Assembly: GCA_964057225.1 (NCBI GenBank)
Contig: OZ059897.1
Coordinates: forward strand, 20,336,001 to 20,400,000
From: Auanema rhodensis
Lineage: Eukaryota; Animalia; Nematoda
Length of the DNA: 64,000 bases
Direction of reading: 5' to 3'
Shown: positions 54,101 to 64,000 of the stretch, piece by piece
Position numbering within the stretch: position 1 is the stretch's first letter
Layout: each line of letters begins with the position of its first letter
Position numbers and translations under genes: made by a program
Notes under the pieces: model-generated
What the model was told of the DNA's origin: nothing
The model's database searches: none
Seen by the model: the letters and a program-made list of their open reading frames with translations, nothing else

Positions 54101-57100
54101 GAAAAAATTAATTCTTCAGGGTGAAAATCGAGGATATAAGTGTGAACTTATATCAGTTGATATCTCGGTGCATTTTTAAGCTAGCGCAAATCTGATAACA
54201 CAGATCGACGCAGCTTAAAAATCCGCATCGAATGCACTATACTACATTGAGAAACGCTTAATACAAAAATTAGTTATGATCGTTTGAAAAATGATGCATT
54301 AGTGTATGTTGAGTTTCCATGTACACTCAACATTGCTTCCAAAAACATTTTGACAAAAATTTTTTCGAAAAATTTCAAAATAAGTTAGCAAAAAGTAGAT
54401 GTTTTTAGATTCCTTTTTTCAAGGCAAAGACGATGGACAATGTTATTTAACGGAAAAATTAATTCTTCAGGGTGAAAATCGAGGATATAAGTGTGAACTT
54501 ATATCAGTTGATATCTCGGTGCATTTTTAAGCTAGCGCAAATCTGATAACACAGATCGACGCAGCTTAAAAATCCGCATCGAATGCACTATACTACATTG
54601 AGAAACGCTTAATACAAAAATTAGTTATGATCGTTTGAAAAATGATGCATTAGTGTATGTTGAGTTTCCATGTACACTCAACATTGCTTCCAAAAACATT
54701 TTGACAAAAATTTTTTCGAAAAATTTCGAAATAAGTTAGCAAAAAGTAGATGTTTTTAGATTCCTTTTTTCAAGGCAAAGACGATGGACAATGTTATTTA
54801 ACGGAAAAATTAATTCTTCAGGGTGAAAATCGAGGATATAAGTGTGAACTTATATCAGTTGATATCTCGGTGCATTTTTAAGCTAGCGCAAATCTGATAA
54901 CACAGATCGACGCAGCTTAAAAATCCGCATCGAATGCACTATACTACATTGAGAAACGCTTAATACAAAAATTAGTTATGATCGTTTGAAAAATGATGCA
55001 TTAGTGTATGTTGAGTTTCCATGTACACTCAACATTGCTTCCAAAAACATTTTGACAAAAATTTTTTCGAAAAATTTCAAAATAATTTAGCAAAAAGTAG
55101 ATGTTTTTAGATTCCTTTTTTCAAGGCAAAGACGATGGACCATGTTATTCAACGAAAAAATTATTTCTTCAGGGTGAAAATCGAGGATATAAGTGTGAAC
55201 TTATATAAGTTGATATCTCGGTGCATTTTTAAGCTAGCGCAAATCTGATAACACAGATCGACGCAGCTTAAAAATCCGCATCGAATGCACTATACTACAT
55301 TGAGAAACGCTTAATACAAAAATTAGTTATGATCGTTTGAAAAATGATGCATTAGTGTATGTTGAGTTTCCATGTACACTCAACATTGCTTCCAAAAACA
55401 TTTTGACAAAAATTTTTTCGAAAAATTTCAAAATAATTTAGCAAAAAGTAGATGTTTTTAGATTCCTTTTTTTAAGGCAAAGACGATGGACGATGTTATT
55501 CAACGAAAAAATTAATTCTTCAGGGTGAAAATCGAGGATATAAGTGTGAACTTATATCAGTTGATATCTCGGTGCATTTTTAAGCTAGCGCAAATCTGAT
55601 AACACAGATCGACGCAGCTTAAAAATCCGCATCGAATGCACTATACTACATTGAGAAACGCTTAATACAAAAATTAGTTATGATCGTTTGAAAAATGATG
55701 CATTAGTGTATGTTGAGTTTCCATGTACACTCAACATTGCTTCCAAAAACATTTTGACAAAAATTTTTTCGAAAAATTTCAAAATAATTTAGCAAAAAGT
55801 AGATGTTTTTAGATTCCTTTTTTTAAGGCAAAGATGATGGACGATGTTATTCAACGAAAAAATTAATTCTTCAGGGTGAAAATCGAGGATATAAGTGTGA
55901 ACTTATATCAGTTGATATCTCGGTGCATTTTTAAGCTAGCGCAAATCTGATAACACAGATCGACGCAGCTTAAAAATCCGCATCGAATGCACTATACTAC
56001 ATAGAAGAACGCTTAATACAAAAATTAGTTATGATCGTTTGAAAAATGATGCATTAGTGTATGTTGAGTTTCCATGTACACTCAACATTGCTTCCAAAAA
56101 CATTTTGACAAAAATTTTTTCGAAAAATTTCAAAATAATTTAGCAAAAAGTAGATGTTTTTAGATTCCTTTTTTCAAGGCAAAGACGATGGACAATGTTA
56201 TTCAACGAAAAAATTATTTCTTCAGGGTGAAAATCGAGGATATAAGTGTGAACTTATATCAGTTGATATCTCGGTGCATTTTTAAGCTAGCGCAAATCTG
56301 ATAACACAGATCGACGCAGCTTAAAAATCCGCATCGAATGCACTATACTACATTGAGAAACGCTTAATACAAAAATTAGTTATGATCGTTTGAAAAATGA
56401 TGCATTAGTGTATGTTGAGTTTCCATGTACACTCAACCTTGCTTCCAAAAACATTTTGACAAAAATTTTTTCGAAAAATTTCAAAATAATTTAGCAAAAA
56501 GTAGATGTTTTTAGATTCCTTTTTTCAAGGCAAAGACGATGGACAATGTTATTCAACGAAAAAATTATTTCTTCAGGGTGAAAATCGAGGATATAAGTGT
56601 GAACTTATATAAGTTGATATCTCGGTGCATTTTTAAGCTAGCGCAAATCTGATAACACAGATCGACGCAGCTTAAAAATCCGCATCGAATGCACTATACT
56701 ACATTGAGAAACGCTTAATACAAAAATTAGTTATGATCGTTTGAAAAATGATGCATTAGTGTATGTTGAGTTTCCATGTACACTCAACATTGCTTCCAAA
56801 AACATTTTGACAAAAATTTTTTCGAAAAATTTCAAAATAATTTAGCAAAAAGTAGATGTTTTTAGATTCCTTTTTTTAAGGCAAAGACGATGGACGATGT
56901 TATTCAACGAAAAAATTAATTCTTCAGGGTGAAAATCGAGGATATAAGTGTGAACTTATATCAGTTGATATCTCGGTGCATTTTTAAGCTAGCGCAAATC
57001 TGATAACACAGATCGACGCAGCTTAAAAATCCGCATCGAATGCACTATACTACATTGAGAAACGCTTAATACAAAAATTAGTTATGATCGTTTGAAAAAT

Positions 57101-60100
57101 GATGCATTAGTGTATGTTGAGTTTCCATGTACACTCAACATTGCTTCCAAAAACATTTTGACAAAAATTTTTTCGAAAAATTTCAAAATAATTTAGCAAA
57201 AAGTAGATGTTTTTAGATTCCTTTTTTCAAGGCAAAGACGATGGACAATGTTATTTAACGAAAAAATTAAATCTTCAGGGTGAAAATCGAGGATATAAGT
57301 GTAAACTTATATCAGTTGATATCTCGGTGCATTTTTAAGCTAGCGCAAATCTGATAACACAGATCGACGCAGCTTAAAAATCCGCATCGAATGCACTATA
57401 CTACATTGAGAAACGCTTAATACAAAAATTAGTTATGATCGTTTGAAAAATGATGCATTAGTGTATGTTGAGTTTCCATGTACACTCAACATTGCTTCCA
57501 AAAACATTTTGACAAAAATTTTTTCGAAAAATTTCAAAATAATTTAGCAGAAAGTAGATGTTTTTAGATTCCTTTTTTCAAGGCAAAGACGATGGACAAT
57601 GTTATTCAACGAAAAAATTAATTCTTCAGGGTGAAAATCGAGGATATAAGTGTAAACTTATATCAGTTGATATCTCGGTGCATTTTTAAGCTAGCGCAAA
57701 TCTGATAACACAGATCGACGCAGCTTAAAAATCCGCATCGAATGCACTATACTACATGGAAGAACGCTTAATACAAAAATTAGTTATGATCGTTTGGAAA
57801 ATGATGCATTAGTGTATGTTGAGTTTCCATGTACACTCAACATTGCTTCCAAAAACATTTTGACAAAAATTTTTTCGAAAAATTTCAAAATAATTTAGCA
57901 AAAAGTAGATGTTTTTAGATTCCTTTTTTCAAGGCAAAGACGATGGACAATGTTATTTAACGAAAAAATTAAGTCTTCAGGGTGAAAATCGAGGATATAA
58001 GTGTAAACTTATATCAGTTGATATCTCGGTACATTTTTAAGCTAGCGCAAATCTGATAACACAGATCGACGCAGCTTAAAAATCCGCATCGAATGCACTA
58101 TACTACATGGAAGAACGCTTAATACAAAAATTAGTTATGATCGTTTGAAAAATGATGCATTAGTGTATGTTGAGTTTCCATGTACACTCAACATTGCTTC
58201 CAAAAACATTTTGACAAAAATTTTTTCGAAAAATTTCAAAATAATTTAGCAAAAAGTAGATGTTTTTAGATTCCTTTTTTCAAGGCAAAGACGATGGACA
58301 ATGTTATTCAACGAAAAAATTAAGTCTTCAGGGTGAAAATCGAGGATATAAGTGTAAACTTATATCAGTTGATATCTCGGTACATTTTTAAGCTAGCGCA
58401 AATCTGATAACACAGATCGACGCAGCTTAAAAATCCGCATCGAATGCACTATACTACATGGAAGAACGCTTAATACAAAAATTAGTTATGATCGTTTGAA
58501 AAATGATGCATTAGTGTATGTTGAGTTTTCATGTACACTCAACATTGCTTCCAAAAACATTTTGACAAAAATTTTTTCGAAAAATTTCAAAATAATTTAG
58601 CAAAAAGTAGATGTTTTTAGATTCCCTTTTTCAAGGCAAAGACGATGGACAATGTTATTCAACGAAAAAATTAAGTCTTCAGGGTGAAAATCGAGGATAT
58701 AAGTGTAAACTTATATCAGTTGATATCTCGGTACATTTTTAAGCTAGCGCAAATCTGATAACACAGATCGACGCAGCTTAAAAATCCGCATCGAATGCAC
58801 TATACTACATGGAAGAACGCTTAATACAAAAATTAGTTATGATCGTTTGAAAAATGATGCATTAGTGTATGTTGAGTTTCCATGTACACTCAACATTGCT
58901 TCCAAAAACATTTTGACAAAAATTTTTTCGAAAAATTTCAAAATAATTTAGCAAAAAGTAGATGTTTTTAGATTTCTTTTTTCAAGGCAAAGACGATGGA
59001 CAATGTTATTCAACGAAAAAATTAATTCTTCAGGGTGAAAATCGAGGATATAAGTGTGAACTTATATCAGTTGATATCTCGGTACATTTTTAAGCTAGCG
59101 CAAATCTGATAACACAGATCGACGCAGCTTAAAAATCCGCATCGAATGCACTATACTACATGGAAGAACGCTTAATACAAAAATTAGTTATGATCGTTTG
59201 AAAAATGATGCATTAGTGTATGTTGAGTTTCCATGTACACTCAACATTGCTTCCAAAAACATTTTGACAAAAATTTTTTCGAAAAATTTCAAAATAATTT
59301 AGCAAAAAGTAGATGTTTTTAGATACCTTTTTTCAAGGCAAAGACGATGAACAATGTTATTCAACGAAAAAATTAATTCTTCAGGGTGAAAATCGAGGAT
59401 ATAAGTGTAAACTTATATCAGTTGATATCTCGGTGCATTTTTAAGCTAGCGCAAATCTGATAACACAGATCGACGCAGCTTAAAAATCCGCATCGAATGC
59501 ACTATACTACATTGAGAAACGCTTAATACAAAAATTAGTTATGATCGTTTGAAAAATGATGCATTAGTGTATGTTGAGTTTCCATGTACACTCAACATTG
59601 CTTCCAAAAACATTTTGACAAAAATTTTTTCGAAAAATTTCAAAATAATTTAGCAAAAAGTAGATGTTTTTAGATTCCTTTTTTCAAGGCAAAGACGATG
59701 GACAATGTTATTCAACGAAAAAATTATTTCTTCAGGGTGAAAATCGAGGATATAAGTGTGAACTTATATCAGTTGATATCTCGGTGCATTTTTAAGCTAG
59801 CGCAAATCTGATAACACAGATCGACGCAGCTTAAAAATCCGCATCGAATGCACTATACTACATGGAAGAACGCTTAATACAAAAATTAGTTATGATCGTT
59901 TGAAAAATGATGCATTAGTGTATGTTGAGTTTCCATGTACACTCAACATTGCTTCCAAAAACATTTTGACAAAAATTTTTTCGAAAAATTTCAAAATAAT
60001 TTAGCAAAAAGTAGATGTTTTTAGATTCCTTTTTTCAAGGCAAAGACGATGGACAATGTTATTCAACGAAAAAATTATTTCTTCAGGGTGAAAATCGAGG

Positions 60101-63100
60101 ATATAAGTGTGAACTTATATCAGTTGATATCTCGGTACATTTTTAAGCTAGCGCAAATCTGATAACACAGATCGACGCAGCTTAAAAATCCGCATCGAAT
60201 GCACTATACTACATGGAAGAACGCTTAATACAAAAATTAGTTATGATCGTTTGAAAAATGATGCATTAGTGTATGTTGAGTTTCCATGTACACTCAACAT
60301 TGCTTCCAAAAACATTTTGACAAAAATTTTTTCGAAAAATTTCAAAATAATTTAGCAAAAAGTAGATGTTTTTAGATACCTTTTTTCAAGGCAAAGACGA
60401 TGGACAATGTTATTCAACGAAAAAATTAATTCTTCAGGGTGAAAATCGAGGATATAAGTGTAAACTTATATCAGTTGATATCTCGGTACATTTTTAAGCT
60501 AGCGCAAATCTGATAACACAGATCGACGCAGCTTAAAAATCCGCATCGAATGCACTATACTACATGGAAGAACGCTTAATACAAAAATTAGTTATGATCG
60601 TTTGAAAAATGATGCATTAGTGTATGTTGAGTTTCCATGTACACTCAACATTGCTTCCAAAAACATTTTGACAAAAATTTTTTCGAAAAATTTCAGAATA
60701 ATTTAGCAAAAAGTAGATGTTTTTAGATTCCTTTTTTCAAGGCAAAGACGATAAACAATGTTATTCAACGAAAAAATTATTTCTTCAGGGTGAAAATCGA
60801 GGATATAAGTGTAAACTTATATCAGTTGATATCTCGGTACATTTCTAAGCTAGCGCAAATCTGATAACACAGATCGACGCAGCTTAAAAATCCGCATCGA
60901 ATGCACTATACTACATTAAGAAACGCTTAATACAAAAATTAGTTATGATCGTTTGAAAAATGATGCATTAGTGTATGTTGAGTTTCCATGTACACTCAAC
61001 ATTGCTTCCAAAAACATTTTGACAAAAATTTTTTCGAAAAATTTCAGAATAATTTAGCAAAAAGTAGATGTTTTTAGATTCCTTTTTTCAAGGCAAAGAC
61101 GATGGACAATGTTATTCAACGAAAAAATTATTTCTTCAGGGTGAAAATCGAGGATATAAGTGTAAACTTATATCAGTTGATATCTTGGTGCATTTCTAAG
61201 CTAGCGCAAATCTGATAACACAGATCGACGCAGCTTAAAAATCCGCATCGAATGCACTATACTACATTGAGAAACGCTTAATACAAAAATTAGTTATGAT
61301 CGTTTGAAAAATGATGCATTAGTGTATGTTGAGTTTCCATGTACACTCAACATTGCTTCCAAAAACATTTTGACAAAAATTTTTTCGAAAAATTTCAAAA
61401 TAATTTAGCAAAAAGTAGATGTTTTTAGATTCCTTTTTTCAAGGCAAAGACAATGGACCATGTTATTCAACGAAAAAATTAATTCTTCAGGGTGAAAATC
61501 GAGGATATAAGTGTAAACTTATATCATTTGATATCTCGGTGCATTTTTAAGCTAGCGCAAATCTGATAACACAGATCGACGCAGCTTAAAAATCCGCATC
61601 GAATGCACTATACTACATTAAGAAACGCTTAATACAAAAATTAGTTATGATCGTTTGAAAAATGATGCATTAGTGTATGTTGAGTTTCCATGTACACTCA
61701 ACATTGCTTCCAAAAACATTTTGACAAAAATTTTTTCGAAAAATTTCAGAATAATTTAGCAAAAAGTAGATGTTTTTAGATTCCTTTTTTCAAGGCAAAG
61801 ACGATAAACAATGTTATTCAACGAAAAAATTAATTCTTCAGGGTGAAAATCGAGGATTTAAGTGTAAACTTATATCAGTTGATATCTCGGTGCATTTTTA
61901 AGCTAGCGCAAATCTGATAACACAGATCGACGCAGCTTAAAAATCCGCATCGAATGCACTATACTACATTGAGAAACGCTTAATACAAAAATTAGTTATG
62001 ATCGTTTGAAAAATGATGCATTAGTGTATGTTGAGTTTCCATGTACACTCAACATTGCTTCCAAAAACATTTTGACAAAAATTTTTTCGAAAAATTTCAA
62101 AATAATTTAGCAAAAAGTAGATGTTTTTAGATACCTTTTTTCAAGGCAAAGACGATGAACAATGTTATTCAACGAAAAAATTAATTCTTCAGGGTGAAAA
62201 TCGAGGATATAAGTGTAAACTTATATCAGTTGATATCTCGGTGCATTTTTAAGCTAGCGCAAATCTGATAACACAGATCGACGCAGCTTAAAAATCCGCA
62301 TCGAATGCACTATACTACATTGAGAAACGCTTAATACAAAAATTAGTTATGATCGTTTGAAAAATGATGCATTAGTGTATGTTGAGTTTCCATGTACACT
62401 CAACATTGCTTCCAAAAACATTTTGACAAAAATTTTTTCGAAAAATTTCAAAATAATTTAGCAAAAAGTAGATGTTTTTAGATTCCTTTTTTCAAGGCAA
62501 AGACGATGGACAATGTTATTCAACGAAAAAATTATTTCTTCAGGGTGAAAATCGAGGATATAAGTGTGAACTTATATCAGTTGATATCTCGGTGCATTTT
62601 TAAGCTAGCGCAAATCTGATAACACAGATCGACGCAGCTTAAAAATCCGCATCGAATGCACTATACTACATGGAAGAACGCTTAATACAAAAATTAGTTA
62701 TGATCGTTTGAAAAATGATGCATTAGTGTATGTTGAGTTTCCATGTACACTCAACATTGCTTCCAAAAACATTTTGACAAAAATTTTTTCGAAAAATTTC
62801 AAAATAATTTAGCAAAAAGTAGATGTTTTTAGATTCCTTTTTTCAAGGCAAAGACGATGGACAATGTTATTCAACGAAAAAATTATTTCTTCAGGGTGAA
62901 AATCGAGGATATAAGTGTGAACTTATATCAGTTGATATCTCGGTACATTTTTAAGCTAGCGCAAATCTGATAACACAGATCGACGCAGCTTAAAAATCCG
63001 CATCGAATGCACTATACTACATGGAAGAACGCTTAATACAAAAATTAGTTATGATCGTTTGAAAAATGATGCATTAGTGTATGTTGAGTTTCCATGTACA

Positions 63101-64000
63101 CTCAACATTGCTTCCAAAAACATTTTGACAAAAATTTTTTCGAAAAATTTCAAAATAATTTAGCAAAAAGTAGATGTTTTTAGATACCTTTTTTCAAGGC
63201 AAAGACGATGGACAATGTTATTCAACGAAAAAATTAATTCTTCAGGGTGAAAATCGAGGATATAAGTGTAAACTTATATCAGTTGATATCTCGGTACATT
63301 TTTAAGCTAGCGCAAATCTGATAACACAGATCGACGCAGCTTAAAAATCCGCATCGAATGCACTATACTACATGGAAGAACGCTTAATACAAAAATTAGT
63401 TATGATCGTTTGAAAAATGATGCATTAGTGTATGTTGAGTTTCCATGTACACTCAACATTGCTTCCAAAAACATTTTGACAAAAATTTTTTCGAAAAATT
63501 TCAGAATAATTTAGCAAAAAGTAGATGTTTTTAGATTCCTTTTTTCAAGGCAAAGACGATAAACAATGTTATTCAACGAAAAAATTATTTCTTCAGGGTG
63601 AAAATCGAGGATATAAGTGTAAACTTATATCAGTTGATATCTCGGTACATTTCTAAGCTAGCGCAAATCTGATAACACAGATCGACGCAGCTTAAAAATC
63701 CGCATCGAATGCACTATACTACATTAAGAAACGCTTAATACAAAAATTAGTTATGATCGTTTGAAAAATGATGCATTAGTGTATGTTGAGTTTCCATGTA
63801 CACTCAACATTGCTTCCAAAAACATTTTGACAAAAATTTTTTCGAAAAATTTCAAAATAATTTAGCAAAAAGTAGATGTTTTTAGATTCCTTTTTTCAAG
63901 GCAAAGACGATGGACAATGTTATTCAACGAAAAAATTATTTCTTCAGGGTGAAAATCGAGGATATAAGTGTAAACTTATATCAGTTGATATCTTGGTGCA
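51155..64000. repeat. Distinct satellite sub-domain (M147-M183) with its own variant set
   Basis: Variants seen only here: G120A, A127C, T72G, T151G, T99A, T215C, C193A, G195T, GATAAAC. The left-domain markers C34G, A78G, A114G, A305G and T74A are absent. Confidence 0.85.
59227..64000. repeat. 8-mer higher-order repeat (2808-bp period): M170-175 = M178-183
   Basis: T99A (GATACC) occurs in M170/M178 and M173/M181, GATAAAC+T215C in M174/M182, and TCTTGG in M175/M183. Confidence 0.88.

Larger units (their letters stand above)
1..64000. repeat. Tandem satellite DNA array, 351-bp monomer, ~182.6 copies, single orientation, running off both window ends
   Basis: GTTTCCATGTACACTCAAC recurs at 1, 352, 703, 1054, 1405 ... 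4561 ... 57121 ... 63439, 63790. The period is 351 bp except for six 350-bp copies (starts 1405, 2808, 3509, 4912, 5964, 51506) and one 264-bp copy (10526). No non-repeat sequence was seen. Confidence 0.99.

Noticed and set aside
1-64000. Monomer length divisible by 3 (117 codons), suggesting a giant repeat protein
   Set aside because: The ORF frame has several stops per monomer, and the six-frame track shows nothing longer than 63 aa.
1-64000. CRISPR array or other repeat-spacer/cassette system
   Set aside because: There are no unique spacers: the entire unit is repeated nearly identically, and no cas, integrase or recombinase gene is present.
1-64000. Variant order as an information-bearing code
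   Set aside because: The pattern is adequately explained by nested tandem duplication and in-register recombination, and nothing in the sequence points to a reader or a function.

Overview
The whole 64 kb window is one uninterrupted head-to-tail tandem array (satellite DNA) of a 351-bp, AT-rich monomer (first copy 111/351 = ~32% GC, counted by hand). It holds 182 complete copies plus a 211-bp partial copy, all in one orientation and differing by only a few substitutions each. I found no genes, RNA genes, CRISPR array, transposon insertion or inversion. The nine 63-aa ORFs come from single substitutions that remove a TAG stop in a minority of monomers. The size, composition and organisation resemble eukaryotic (peri)centromeric satellite, but I cannot assign a species, a family or a centromere function. 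There are two kinds of structure. First, each monomer is packed with dyad symmetries: a 9-bp stem with a GNRA loop, a ~67-bp imperfect hairpin, a second 9-bp stem and an A/T palindrome. Second, the shared variants show nested higher-order duplications (2-, 3-, 4-, 8-, 13-, 15- and ~21-mer blocks), in-register chimeric monomers, one 86-bp deletion, and a sharp switch to a different variant set near 51.2 kb. I see no evidence of a novel protein-coding system. Monomers are numbered M1-M183, with monomer position 1 = the G of GTTTCCATG. All variant calls were made by eye and should be confirmed by alignment.
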